NCBI GenBank assembly: GCA_001949185.1
Contig: BDGG01000017.1
Location: 372,001 to 436,000, forward strand
DNA length: 64,000 nucleotides
Direction: 5' to 3'
Source: Ramazzottius varieornatus
Lineage: Eukaryota > Animalia > Tardigrada
The notes beneath the pieces are model-generated. The model saw only the letters and a list, made by a program, of their open reading frames with translations. It searched no databases and had not been told where the DNA came from. Below are positions 51,347 to 64,000 of this stretch, in pieces (the stretch's first letter is position 1; every line of letters begins with the position of its first letter). Both the position numbers and the translations under genes were made by a program.

Positions 51347-53059
51347 TCACATAAACACTATGGTGGAGAGAACAACGGAGTGCTGATGATTCTCCCTGTT
51401 ACATGCGCGAAGGGAAAGTTTGGAGCAGTAAAACGTTTTGGAACAAGCGATTCCGAAACAGCGGAACGGCAGTTCGTACCTGCGTGTGCAATTCACACCA
51501 ATGCACTTTTTGACAATTTTCAACGGTTGAATTCTCCGTTTGCCGTCTTTTCCGCCTGCTCCAAACTGTTTACTGTTACAAACTTTCCCTTCGTGCCTGT
51601 ACTGGATTTCCGAACCAGTGGATCGGCTGCGAAGTCTGGCACTTTTGTAACCGGGGAGGAGCGGACTAATCAAACAGTACTTGTAAATGAGCTCGCATAC
51701 AGTTGCTTGGACTAAATATCGAGCGCGGCCAACAAATCTTGCAAATCGCTGTTCTGCTTGCAGCTTAATCCTCCACGATTCAGCTGCAAGAGAGTAGGTT
51801 GAGCGGCGTCCATCTTCCAAACCAAAGCCCGCTACTTCTCGCACGGCTCCTGCCAACTCCGCCGCTGTGATCTCTCTGGTAGGTTGCATCTTCGCCACCC
51901 CCTGTTTTTCCAGCTTCTTGGCATCCAATTCTTGATCTCCAAATAGCGGCCATGCTACAACAGGTGCACCGTACGCCAAGGTTTCCAGCGTGCTGTTCCA
52001 CCCGCAGTGCGAGACAAGGACCGCGCAGGCCCGATGACTCAAGACCATTCTCTGAGGAACGCATGACAGAATTAGAAAAGGTTTCGAAGTCAACGCGAAC
52101 TGCGCCGCAATCTTGTCTGTGATTTCGGTGGTCAAATACTGGTGTACATCAGCCTTCAGAGACATAATAAAGGGCTGGCCCAGCGATAGCAAACCTTTAC
52201 TAATTTGTTCCACTTCCTTTTTGGATGGACGACCAACTGTGCCAAGCGAGAAGTAAACAACGGATCGAGCTGGTTTAGCGTCGAGCCATGCTTTGACTTT
52301 GATCGACCCCTCGAACAGTGTGGAATCCGGAGAAGGGCTTTCGGGAGAAAGCAGAGGTCCCACAAAGTACAAAGGTAGTTTTCCACCGACGGAGTCGGCT
52401 TGCGTTCTTTTGACCGCCTCTTTTTCAAAGTCCCACATTGAGTTGACAATCACTCCCGCTGTCAAATGGGCCTCTTTGGCGTACGGTAACTTGCCGTTTT
52501 TGTACTCCTGGGGAATGCCCTTTGGTATTACCGCTTGACTGTCGAAAAGTGGGCGCTAACGACAGAAGCCGTTGGGATCGTCTTGGTCAGGTATGACTGG
52601 TGTCTCGTCGGTCAGCTGGAAGAATAGCGGAAGGATATCGGCACAAGCAGTGTCGAAGATATAGTGAGGGATTCCCTTGACGGAACTTCGAACAACGCTC
52701 CCGGCCAGAAAAGTGTCGGTGATGACAGCGTCGATGGATGCAGTGCTATCAATGGTGTCAATCGCTCCTTGATTGCTCATTCCCAAAATGTGGTTAAAGT
52801 CGTTGAACGTGTCATGCTTGCCGTGAATGTGGCCGTCTTTGATACTGAAAAAGGTGATATCGATTCCGGGTTCGAGGGCGAATATCTCCTTAAACTTGTT
52901 CTCTGTCAGAGCAGTCTCCGATAAGGCGAAAGTAACAGAGTGATGCTGGGCCAGTTTCTTGGCTAGTTTGAGATGGGGAATGACGGGACTAATGGCAGGA
53001 AAAGGGATGATGAGAATGCTCTTGCGACTACGCTTTGTCAAACTTGACTGCTGCGCCAT
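51347..53059 (-). pseudogene. Intronless plant-type family-1 UDP-glycosyltransferase, disrupted
   Basis: ILIIPFPA, AVITDTF, IVNS..FE, VGPL, WLDAKPARSVVYFSLGT and a PSPG box CVPQ..VLSH...SHCGWNSTLE...P...WPLFGDQ. The two ORFs share a frame and are split by TAG 52556-52558. The catalytic His position reads Pro. Homology ends near 51730 and the ORF runs on. Confidence 0.82.
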
Positions 53060-54435
53060 CTGAGTAGACAGAGCACCAGTCGGCTTTTAGAAGTTAAACC
53101 TAGTTCCCGCAAAACTCAAATTATTCGTAGACGTAGAATTTCAACCGGGCTGTCACGTTTATAGCGTTATACGTGGGTTCTGTAATACATAGCCTGGTTA
53201 GAGCGAAGTCTCGTCTCGCTCCTATGAGTTACAGCAATCACGGTGCAACGCGTCTGTCTAGAAATGACAGTGTCAAGTAGGAAAAATCACGAGTGATTAG
53301 ATGTATGATTAGATGTAGACTTATCACCAAAGCTTCGTTGTGCAGGTGCGTAGGGCTATCATATCTATCTCATGAGTAGATGGAACCTTTTTCATCTGAC
53401 TGACAAGGGGATTGATTACGGAAACCGTTGAATCCTGATGCTCAAACCAATACCGCAGCAAGATAGAGAAGAGTTCCCTCTACAGTTTGGCTGTACACCT
53501 AGTCAGAAGAAAAATCCTGGAAGATACTGCGGGATGCGGAAGTTACGGCTCCCAGACGCTGCAGTAACGTAGAGATTCTTGACTCAGAGTTTTGATGAGC
53601 ACGAGCGCATCAGCCCATCAGCTGTCTGTTTGACATCATGGGACAGAGCGGTGTACCAAAACCCGTCGACAGCGCATTATGGTACGCCATCCAGTACAAC
53701 CCTTGCACATCAGCTGATCGGCTGATGAGTTTATTTCAATCAGAACGCTCACTCAAAAATCCTTAGGTCACTACAGCGTCTGGGAGCCGTAACTTTCGGA
53801 TCCCGCGGTAACTTCCGGGATTCCGTCTTCTGACTAGATCTATGGCTCAAACTGTAGAGGAAACTCTTCTCTATCTTCCTGCAGTATTGCTTTGAGTATC
53901 GAGACTTGACGTAGCTATAATCCCCTTGTGAGGAGAGTAGATAAAACACTGAGAAGCAATTAGAGCGGAATACTGAAATTGAGGAAATAATTATGGATTG
54001 TATGATGACAGAGACTGGGTTGTGATGGTTAAGAAGCTTGATTTACCTTCAGGACGTACCCAACATTCCATTTGGAATTGTTTCTCCAAGTTTCCACGAA
54101 CCTCCCACGGATTTCGAAAAATGACTAGAGATCTGTTATTATCTATTGGCGGAACTGCAGTGGTCTCTGCAGAACAGATCAGAAAAGGTCTGTCTTTGTG
54201 GCGGTGCGTCGTGCAAAATCGCGAAAGTAAAGTCGACGAGCGCTCAGAATAGTCCGATTACACCTCTCGTCGGAAGTCTGAAAGTGCTCTCGTCTGGAAA
54301 CCTATATGAGCTATATTACACCTCGACTCATTCCTGGTCATCCAACATGATCTAGGTATAATCACCCATTTCGGAACTCCGACGAGACATCATGTCAGAA
54401 GCATGAAACTGAATTTTATATTGCTGGTCGGAATT

Positions 54436-56919
54436 TTAGACAGCAGTATCCCGGTTGGCCGTTAGATCCAGAGGAACATCTTCCGATCTATTTGGAGTCG
54501 AATTGGAAAGTACTACGGACTGGCGTTGGGCAGGCTGCTGCTGTCTCACTAGAGACTCACACCGACATAACTTGATTAACTTCACTCGTATGGCCTTTCT
54601 TGCAGATATCATGGTGCTCTCAACAATACTGTTCGAATGCGTGATCCGGGTTTTCGTCTTTGGAGACTGGACAATCGGTGCAGCGGCGTTGTACCGTGCG
54701 CCACCCAGCGACGTAGCCTCAGTGTATGTAACCGATGCTGCGCTGTTGAGACTGAGAGAGCGTCCTAGTGCTCGGTCACGTAAAATCCTCGTGGTTAACA
54801 TAAAAAGGGCAGCGACCTGAAAACAAGACAAGTCACCAGTTGAAGCCAGGATGGGACTGTTGCTGCTCAAGGTCTTTCAGACACACCCGCTGTTAAAGTA
54901 GCAACAGATGAGGGCAACCCCTAGTCCCTGTAATCCATCCAAGACGCTGTTCAGGTGAAAGCACAATTGCATGCCGCAGGTATCAGACGGTCGGTAGGCG
55001 GTAAAAGCGAAATGCAAACCGAAAAGGGGGAAGAGGACTAGCATAGCCCTCGTACTCGCTGTGCAACAGAGGACAAGAGATCGTCAGCTCTCTCGCCACA
55101 ATCAGATGATACGACACGGAAAGAAGGCCAACAGCGGGGGTGCGCACCTTAATTTGGCTAGGACGACGTTGCCACAATATTGTTGCTGAGCCTTCCGGAC
55201 CAGTAACGTCAAGATGTACACAAGGAAGTAGAAATTCAGCTACAAAACAAGATGAGATGATTTTATACCTACAAGTGATTCACACAGTTTACGCATGGAC
55301 AAATTTATTGGCAGCAGGCCGAAAGCGGCAGTGCATCGATTGATTTATTTGTTGAATTCAGCATTAGCTGATCGCGCCGCCTTCGGGCCGCTGCCCATAA
55401 TTTTGTCCATGCCAGTAATTAGGTAGAGCACATGTACACGTCGAAGGACTCGGGCGATCTTTCCAAAATAACAGTCAGGAATGGGGAAGGATACTTAGCG
55501 TACCGAGAGGACGAGCAGCGCAGGACTTTTCAGTATCCACTCCAGACGTTCACTTGGTGCTATCCAACAGCTACAATAAATCATGAGATGTGGCGTTTGT
55601 CATTTCCGTTGACTTTAATAAAATCGCATTCGACGCCAGGTCAATGTTTACTCACCCCGTTTCCGAAAACCGTTGGCCAATGTAGAGACCCACCGGTATA
55701 GCTGGTATTCCTGTATTTGAAAATCTGTCAGGCTAATTGAGATTAACCGTGCCGTCATCTCGGATGACAAAGTTGTTTTTCACCCCTCATTACTGTCGCT
55801 AAGTTGATGAAAAGTAGGATGTACCACAGGATGGTTGAAAAACACCGGCTCGTCTACCCGAATTGCAGAATGAGGGGAGAAACTCACCCCATCCCATCAG
55901 GTAATATGACTGTAACCATTGGTCCCGCATGAACACATGGCGAAGATGGCGGAGGAGAAACAGAACTTTGAAATTGCAGTCACAATGCTTGTGTTTCAGT
56001 AAAGTTTTGGTGTGATGTAAGCTGTGCCAAGGTTTCTTCCAGCATGTTTTCTTTACCTTCGCAAAACATCCAGCAATAGTTGTAAAGTCGAAGATACATG
56101 GTGAACGCATAGATAAGTCGGCATTCGACAGAAAGGAAGTTACTGTGGATGAAGGATTCTGGATCGTCTAGAAGTTTACGGGTGACTGAACTTTGAAAGA
56201 TTATCAGCATGATGGCGTTAACCAACAGCGACAGGATGAAATGTGCGTGCATAACATCTCGTTGATGTTGTTGTAGCTGTCTGTAAACGCTGACAAGCTT
56301 AATTTTATAACGGTAATTTACACTGCACTCAGCCACTTAGTTGCAGCAAGAAAACATCAGGAAGGCGGGAACCAGGAAAGGACTCGAGACTGAATAGCAC
56401 AAAGTTTGCACTCGAGATCGATTTTCAGGTGGCGTCACAGAGAAACAACTGGTGTAGTTAGTCCAGGAGCTCCTCGATAAGTTACAACCGAGCTGTGAGT
56501 CTTCTTCGTCCAACCGAAACCATTCGCCATTGTCCACCAAGGGATGACAGTCATGTCGAGTTGCCCACCTGGCGGACGTTCAGCCAACAACAATGTAACC
56601 GTGCGCCACTTGAGACACTCTGGGTGAAATCATTCGCCACCAGAAATCTTGGCATTTTTGAATCCAGCGTAGCGGGGCAGACAGGTAAGGAAAAGGGACT
56701 GATGTGGCTAGGGCACGATTGCTTTGATGCTGTGCCTTGAGGGGACGTGGGCCAACAATGCCATCCATCCCACGTCATGGGACATTCGGATGACACCCCG
56801 TTTTTCCGCTCGAGTTGCTCGTTACAACACTTGAATGCCGCTTGACAGCACCGATTCCAGGTGTCGCTATCACGTTCCAAGTGCCATTCCGGGAAACCGT
56901 ACGTGTAGACGGGCGAGTC
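54436..56919 (-). pseudogene. Class B (calcitonin/DH31 receptor-like) GPCR, probably disrupted
   Basis: CPMTWDGWHCWP, NGEW, WTNYTSC, HAHFILS, NYCWMFCE, YLMGWG|IP, CW, LNFYFL, STRAMLVLFPLFGLHF, GLQG..VALICCYFN. TAA at 56337-56339 at the end of the TM1 exon, and no phase-correct AG before the TM6 exon (ttgcacAGCG near 55060). The signal-peptide exon was not located. Confidence 0.7.
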
Positions 56920-56941
56920 TAATGCATAAGATGCCGGAAGT

Positions 56942-57207
56942 AATACAGACATTAAGTTGCCACCGCAGGATGGAAGTCCGACTGTAGCTAAAATGAGCTG
57001 CAACATCACTCATAAGCGCAGCAGCTGATCTTTGATTTGAATAGTTGGGAAGCCACCATGCTTCCCAATGATAGCTAACCGTAACTCCTATTACCTTATT
57101 TTTCGAAAATAAGGGGAGCTCCGGAAAGCAAAATGTAGTTACACGTCACGAAAGGGGCGGAGCAAGGCCGTAGCTACAGTTGCAAAGTGAACCGGAGTGG
57201 CAACTTG
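56942..57207. mobile_element. Uninterrupted copy of the TTAAGTTGCCAC MITE
   Basis: Reverse complement of the joined flanks of the hAT element, carrying a single AATAGGAG target. Confidence 0.85.
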
Positions 57208-58013
57208 ATAACCGGTCTTCGGTTGCATTATCCGGTGAGGAGTAGCGAAGCAGGCCTTCCGGCTCGTAAGTCAGGGGGTACAGGAGAGAATCGCTGGAAT
57301 AGAAGGTGTAAATGTAGCATAACGCATCTGCAGAATAAACGCCTGTAGGAGATCCAGTCTATGGAGCCACTTTTCAAAAGACGAGGCTCAAACTTGTAAG
57401 TGATGTTCAAATAAATGTCAACAGGAAAACTTCCCCATTCGATCACGCCCTGACAATTTCTGCTACCTTTTTGAATCAAGCGTGATGCAAACTTTCGTAA
57501 GAGGCATCGTATTTAGAATGTTAGAACTGTACATTCGATTTGCAGATTTGGCAAATGCCCCAATCTTTGCCGCCCCTGTTTCCACCGATTCCGCTCAGAA
57601 TCATGGTGCCTTCAAGTTATGATACTACAACCGGCTGTCCAACACACCAACAACGACCCGTGCCACCGTCACGGTAGCACCGATTACTACCACCAGACCA
57701 CCAGGTCCAGCATCGGCACTCAACAGCAGCTGTCTGATGCGGCCAGAGACAAACTTGTGTCACCAGACCAAGAAAACCTTTTTCGGCCAGATCGTTTCGC
57801 CTGATGAACGACATTCCCCACCAGCTGCTCAGAATATTATGAGGTTGATGCTGCTGGCTCAGTATCGGTAAACTACCAGCCTTGTGTCGATGTCGATATT
57901 TGCCTTCCATAAACCTGGTCGTGAAAATGTTTTACACGTTAGCCCGATCGTGGAAGGATACAGTATTTCACTGGGCAATAACCACAAATAGCGGGGCACT
58001 GCAGCTTATGATA

Positions 58014-58255
58014 TAGAAGGCTCGGCGAAGCTAAAACAAGCCGTTTTAGACGTTCTTAGCCGTGTCTAAAAATATTTTAGCCGCGGCTAGAATGTATTGT
58101 GCGTTTGAATGATTTATTGATGCCAAAAGTATTTTAGCCGATTCAATATGAATAAATCAATCGAACGCACAATACATTTTAGCCGCGGCTAGAATATTTT
58201 TAGCCACGGCCAAGAACGGCTAGAGCGGCTTATTTTAGCTTCGCGGAGCCTTCTG
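58014..58255. mobile_element. Palindromic MITE (~240 bp, TA-flanked, internal TTTTAGCCGCGGCTAGAA repeats)
   Basis: agaaggctcggcgaagctaaaa...ttttagcttcgcggagccttct with ~105-bp arms. Confidence 0.8.
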
Positions 58256-58546
58256 TAGCTTACGACGTGTTGCCATGTGCAGGGTCGTGAAAATCCAGAC
58301 GAGCACTTAAGCTTGGTGTAATAGTCAGCTACTTTGTACTAGCCATAATAATCGTAATGTTTTTGAAGAGAACTTCTGTAGTGGGGTCGCAGAAAGTTGT
58401 AAGGATGAGGAAGCAACGCAAGTATGTCTTAGACGCAGAATCCACGATGCACCAAGCGTCCTCAGTTTTTGACTGTCTTAGTAGTCGTTGCTCCTGCGTG
58501 GACCCATTTTCAAGTTTTTGAACGTTGCGAAGTCTGGAAAGCCGGA

Positions 58547-61167
58547 ATGAACCGATGTACCTTTGTTGCTGTGTTGTCGATACTACAGGTTTCCTTCGGT
58601 TTCCAGTATGCGCCTGCTATCCCGTGGCTAACTGTTCCCGCCAGCTTCTTCAACCAGCCGATTTGTGAGTGTGATGTGACCGCCTGTCTCGAACGTACTA
58701 CCGTTTTACGGGATGTTTTTTTGGGCAGACTTGGCGAATCCACCAATCTATATGTCTGTCAGAGCTGAGGATATAGCGGAAAAATTTAAGGCTTTTAGAA
58801 TGCTGATGTTTTACGAAAAACCCACGTCACCGCCTCCAGCAACAACGCCTGCTACAACGACACAGACTTCATCGACAGAGAGTACTTCGACCTTGATCAC
58901 CATACGCGGCGAAGGAGTGGGAAGAAGTGATTCCGGTTGGAAAGCTGGGCTGCTGCTCCATGCACGAAGACGATACGTTCCGCTGGCTTCCAGAAGGACT
59001 CAAAGGCAAGGATCTAGAGGTCAGCGTCGCTGAAGGTTTTACGATTATCAAGCAGACTGTCAATTTATCGGCTCTGCCGATAGTGTCAGTGAACTTGACA
59101 CTTCAAGTTTATGTGGTGCTAATCGCATCCCTGCGGCTGCTTTCTCGTGAAGATATTGTGTGTAGCTAGTGTGCATTGAAAGTGAATCTTCCGAGAGAGC
59201 GAAAGTTTGATCTTGCACTAGCAAAACCGGTTACATCTCTGCCTGCATCTGCAAAACAATGCTCCTACCTAGCGGTTCCGGTCGTTATTTTCCGCGTTTG
59301 GTACTTGATCGAGAAAGTTAGATCATCCGCCAAGCTGGTGCGATAATTCATAGCTCGATATCATCGACCTTCTTCCATGCTTGTGTAATTATCATCAACA
59401 GATTTCTCTCACCTAAATATGTTAGAAATTGGTTGTCTGGAAGGCAGATCAAACTTGATTTATCATGTTGCGCTACTGAGTTTCCTGAAGTCCTGTGAGT
59501 CTTACTACGACTCCATCAGCTGTTTCGGTAAACGTAGGACGCACTGTACTTCTAAACCTAAGACTGTCGCACATAAAATTTTCCCCAAGAAATGCTGTCT
59601 TGGGTTGCTGAAGGTACGGGGGATTGTATCATCAGCCTGACGTCCGGCGGACATGCTGACGACCAGCACAAGTGGAACACCGAATGTCATGATGGGGAAG
59701 CCATCATCGCCATTCAGGACACTGGCTCTGATTTTCAGGGTTTCGGATGTAAGTGGATTGATTACACCCGGCGTTAGATGGCAGAACCTCAAAGCGGTGC
59801 GTGCGCTAGCCTGTGCAGTGCTTTGGTTGGCTTCATACATATCAATGGTATTGCTTTGATAGCGGTATGGTGTCGCTTCTTATTTCCCAAGAAACCACCT
59901 TCCTTCGGCTTGTACCCTTATTATCCATGGTGTAATGTCAGGTACGAAAATATTACCAGAATTCCATGATAGAAACTTTTTTCTTTATTTGAACTTTCGT
60001 GCCGTTTTCCAGAGACATTTCTTTGCGGGAGTACTATTGTTACGATAAATTATTTCCTTCGGATACCTATGATACTTTTGTAACAGGTAAATAAGCTGAT
60101 AAAAATAAATTGACAGTATGCTTTATCCCAGTCGTCGGAGCATGTCTTACTGGAGAAAGTTGTACTATGTTGTTTTCCAGCGATGTCATCTAGTCAGTAT
60201 TATCCCGGTGGTATCTCAGTATCCAGTTCCTATAAATGCTGTAAGTGAGCATCGATTATCAGGATGGAGATCCGATGCTGGTGATTCTATACTGTGCTCA
60301 TCTGTTTAATGGGGAACACAGGTCGATTACCGGATGGGTACCACTTTGATTACCGCAGATGCGAGTACAGGTACACCCACGACAGGTGGGTGCTTTTGTG
60401 TAAAATCTGTTTGATCTGATCCTCGACAGGTAGACAATGTTGCCTTGTGTAGGTACGGCGAACACTACGATAACGACCAGTGGCTGGTCAAATGCGAGCG
60501 CGGCTATATTATGACAGGTGCAGCAAACTTTGCGGGACTGTAATGCATGTCACCCAATCACAGCCCGATTCAGCAAAGTTGAACCTGTCCTTCACACTTA
60601 ACCCCTAAAAAAATTCAAGGCTTTCGTTTTCATCTTATCTCACTTGGTTTCTCGTTTTCCAACTTATTCTGCGTGTAACAAACACGCTTTCGATATGTTT
60701 GTGCTCACATCATACTAGGAAGGTTGTTCATTGGTTTTAGCGACGTTTTGGTGAACAAGCGAGGTAGGCGAGGAAGAAGTGATCTTTTTCAGCAAACATT
60801 GTCAACTTTGCTGAATCTGGCTGTAATAACAGGACGTCAAGTCCATGATGCTCTATGGCCACAGTAACTTGTCATCTTGTGGTAGGAATCGGGCAGGCGG
60901 CCAACCCATGGACTAATGCACTGCATTACACCTGGATACAGGTACGGTCATACGCTGTGTGCCATGTAGATTTGCTGTCTTGGCTCTCGTCACGCTTTCG
61001 TCGATCAATAGTGCTGCCCTTTATTCTACGACCCCATGTTTGTGGTACCACATCCGCCAAGCAACAAAACCGTCCAACGACAGAACATCACGACAACAAG
61101 GCAAACCATTCTGGCTAACTCTGCGACAGCACCACCAGAAGAAACCACAACGGCAGTCCCGACTTAA
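58547..61167 (+). pseudogene. Multi-exon secreted Cys-rich protein with Thr/Pro linkers, frameshifted
   Basis: Signal peptide MNRCTFVAVLSILQVSFG; T/P linker; LGCCS; repeats ECHDGEAIIAI...VWCR and KCERGYIMTG|IG...WIQ|CC. Frameshift near 58890. Middle exons only partly resolved. Confidence 0.5.
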
Positions 61168-63113
61168 CTTTCAAGACAGCCCGAAATTCCAACGGAGTTC
61201 TCCCTACGTCCGACGTGGCAAATACACTCAGCGTCATAAATGACGGTCACTCATTGTCCTGCTTGGTTCCTCGACAACTTTGGAACCACATGTCGAATTC
61301 CACGGATTCAAATTGCTTATTCTACAAGATGCCTTTTGTCTGACCTCTGTGACAATAATCACGTCAAAAGGTGTCGCCGTCAAGATATAAATTCTGGAAA
61401 ACGACTTTGCTTTGAATCGGAAAGATAAATTAAACCTATTGTTATAAAGGTGTGGTTGACGCCTGGCTGGTAGAGTTTAACCGTTGAGGTCTGTTGAAAC
61501 ACGTGTCACCTGACAGCAGATACGGGTTTAAAAAACGCCTTTATTTCCGTGTTCCCGCAATATTTCGTGCCAGTTGACTGACTGAAGTCGCTGTATGGAA
61601 CTACCATCAACATCGGTTTCAGACTGTCTCCTAAAAGATGCATTTTGGATTAGTGGAATGCGACATGTGGTTCCCAGGTTATCGATGTATCAGATCTCTT
61701 GTTCTCGTCAAATGAATTGACCTGGGAGAGCGGGAAGAGTTGACGGGGGTTGCGATGCTAGGGATATAATTCATGACAGAGTGACGATAACGACCTGGGA
61801 AAACTACAACTGACTTGCAGAACAGCATGGAATGACTAACAGAGACTGTCAAAGACAAGTACGAACCTAACTTAAATATCTTAAATAGCAGAAAGTCTCA
61901 CAAGTCTAACAGATAAAGCTAAAAAAACAACGAGTAACCGTCACTTATGACGGTGAGCGTATGTCTTTATGTGTACGCTATCAGAATCGATCCAAAGATC
62001 AATAAAATAACTCCTCGGTCGATCTCCAAGCACTGTAGTTAGTCAGCATATATACAACAACTACGAGCGCTAAATTAGTACAAACTGCGATAGCACGAAT
62101 CACGAGGCAATCAACACGCCATCCAATAGTCCAAACGTGTGCAGTGAGGTGATGTTGCTGACGTTATGTTATCGTAAACAAGAACATTATGCCCAAACCA
62201 AACTATCGTTGATTTACGTAGGAATCCAGAGGAGACGAGAATCATCTGCAGGCATAAAGGAACGTATACGTACGATGGGTAATCATGAGACAGGCCTTTT
62301 CGCTACAGTACGTACGCGACCGATTCACCGTAATACACTTTTCAACACTTCTCTGCGGTTGAATTTCCATTTTGCCGTCCTTTCCGCCTGGCCCATAATT
62401 CTCCCTGTCCCATGAATGCCCATCGTGCGTGTATTGTTACGAGCAAACCCACGTTATAGAAATTTCGCTGTGTGACGAGGCGAAACAACCATAATTTCGA
62501 AGTCGATGTGTACCATAGTTAAACGCCATGGATCTTTCAACCAAATTTCGGACTGCATCCGGTAGGACTCATCGTACTCGTCACCTCAGTCATCAAAGAA
62601 AACATCTGTTTCCTCTGATCTATCGAGTATCAACACCAATCAAGTCACATAGCGAGGCTGTACGTACCGCAGTGCGCGGTTCGTACAAAGTCCACGGCAA
62701 TCGTACAACGCTTGACCCAGTGACCATTCTAAGCACAACTTTTTGAACGTCCAAGTGGAATACGTCACGATGCCTCCATACTACCATTCACGACACCGAT
62801 AATTTCCTGGCAGAGTTCGGCGGTTTCTCACCAGCCAGGACTTTACTTCACTTCAACGAAAATCCGGCTGATTGAGAGGACGGAACAGCGCCGGTCCGCT
62901 GTACTTCAAATCTTTTTGACATTGCACGAGCTATCCAGCTAGGCGTTTAAACGTTATTTGGTGAAGCTCACGCTCTCCTGGGCTGGTTCCCGAGAAGCTG
63001 CATCCGTCATCCGCGGCCTGAGTACCACACACAAGAGACCAGCGTGGAAATTAGGACGAGTTGAATAAGGCCCAGCCACGGTGTCCATCACACTCACAGT
63101 GGCGCCATCACTA

Positions 63114-63285
63114 TACAGTGTACGACAAAATTAACCGTTAGAACTGGGAGTAATACTGCAGCTGGAGATATTTACGACTCGGCCAATGAGAATTATATTT
63201 TGCTGCGTGCGCAAATTTCATTGGCTTCATCCATCTGGTTCCATCCAACACCCGTTTTTAACGGTTTATTTTGTCGTACACTGTA
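63114..63285. mobile_element. MITE family A, copy 4 (best-preserved TIRs)
   Basis: TA-CAGTGTACGACAAAATTAACCGTTA...TAACGGTTTATTTTGTCGTACACTG-TA. Confidence 0.88.
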
Positions 63286-63796
63286 CGCCGGTTACGTGAG
63301 CCACTGGGCACCCCACTTGACCATGCCCTTGCATGAAAGTTGACGACTCTATTACCAGCGGTATCCATACTTCATCTTCGCTTGCATCCAGCCGATGGAT
63401 CTGCTTAAGTGGTCCACATCTTATCATACATACGATCGTCTTGACTTTCTTCTCCCGTAATTTTCGCAACTCCTAAATTAAAAAAGACATGTCGCCGCTC
63501 TTCTTGAAATAAACCAGAAGCTCAGAGATGGCAGAACTGGCGAGATATCTGCTTTGGAAGGAAGGTGGGTCGGACGTAATGCTAAAAAGCCTATTTGACG
63601 TACTATGATCAAACGATCAAGTGTACAAAACAATGCTCCGTGGATATTTCCATGCCGGCTGCCTCGTAGCATTCTTCTTACCATAAGATACAAAAAACGT
63701 TCACAAAAATTCCTTGGTGCTTTCGACTGTCTCAGTTCCAACCATTAGCTTGACCAGTGGTAAGCTCTGTCTCATCTGCGGATGCCGAGTACATTT

Positions 63797-63980
63797 GGGT
63801 ATCTCCATATAAGAATGCGTCCAAAGTGTGTTTAACCAAATTGTTCAGGAGAACGTTTTAAAGTTTCCGGACCCCAAGGTCTCACTGTAACGAGACTTAC
63901 GCCTACAGCAAACAGACCCCGAAAAACACGAATCGGAAGTCAGAAACAAGCTCCTACCAAAGGTCAGAAAGTTACAAGCC
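63797..63980. repeat. Dispersed repeat, copy 2 (see 4674-4860)
   Basis: Collinear similarity to 4674-4860. Confidence 0.65.
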
Positions 63981-64000
63981 GCAACCCAAAAGAGCTTGAA

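Noticed and set aside
51347-51730. C-terminal 130 aa of the UGT ORF as a fused domain
   Set aside because: No recognisable motif. Best explained as run-on into former 3' UTR.
52556-52558. Programmed readthrough or recoding of in-frame stops here, at 3894 and at 29344
   Set aside because: Each gene has other independent lesions, and the stop at 29344 aligns with Trp in the intact paralog. Ordinary nonsense mutations are sufficient.
56920-57009. Apparent signal peptide MMLQLILATVGLPSCGG at the start of the GPCR ORF, suggesting MITE exaptation
   Set aside because: It lies inside the MITE and an AG acceptor exists at ~56920, so it is more simply intronic. No evidence of use.

Overview
Eukaryotic animal DNA with compact genes, short GT-AG introns (mostly ~60-300 nt) and one 50-N gap. 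A eutardigrade source is inferred from the gene content (LEA-type repeat proteins, an intronless plant-type UGT, an orphan intronless GPCR); this is not proven. I rebuilt gene models by hand. Apparently intact genes: a chitin-binding CBM14 protein, a PLPPR-like pseudophosphatase, TM2D1, POGLUT2/KDELC, SERP1, a two-domain Ly6/uPAR-like protein, RPL37, an InaF-motif protein and a class A GPCR. Most interesting: (1) a 657-aa LEA-like 11-mer repeat protein with matching His/Gly-rich caps that resemble CAHS termini, plus a 143-aa paralog sharing the exon-1 motif AEQKWDQAK; (2) a 96-aa signal peptide + RREKR + glycine-zipper precursor that the ORF track misses; (3) a protein with two tandem LSm14 domains and C-terminal C2H2 fingers. 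Five unrelated genes carry disabling lesions while the housekeeping genes are clean: MIF4G-like, a Ly6-like paralog, the UGT, a class B GPCR and a secreted Cys-rich gene. The 10-17.3 kb block is a DNA-transposon nest: a hAT with an 8-bp TSD inside a MITE whose empty-site copy is at ~57 kb, a Tc1 transposase between hAT-like ends, and several MITE families.
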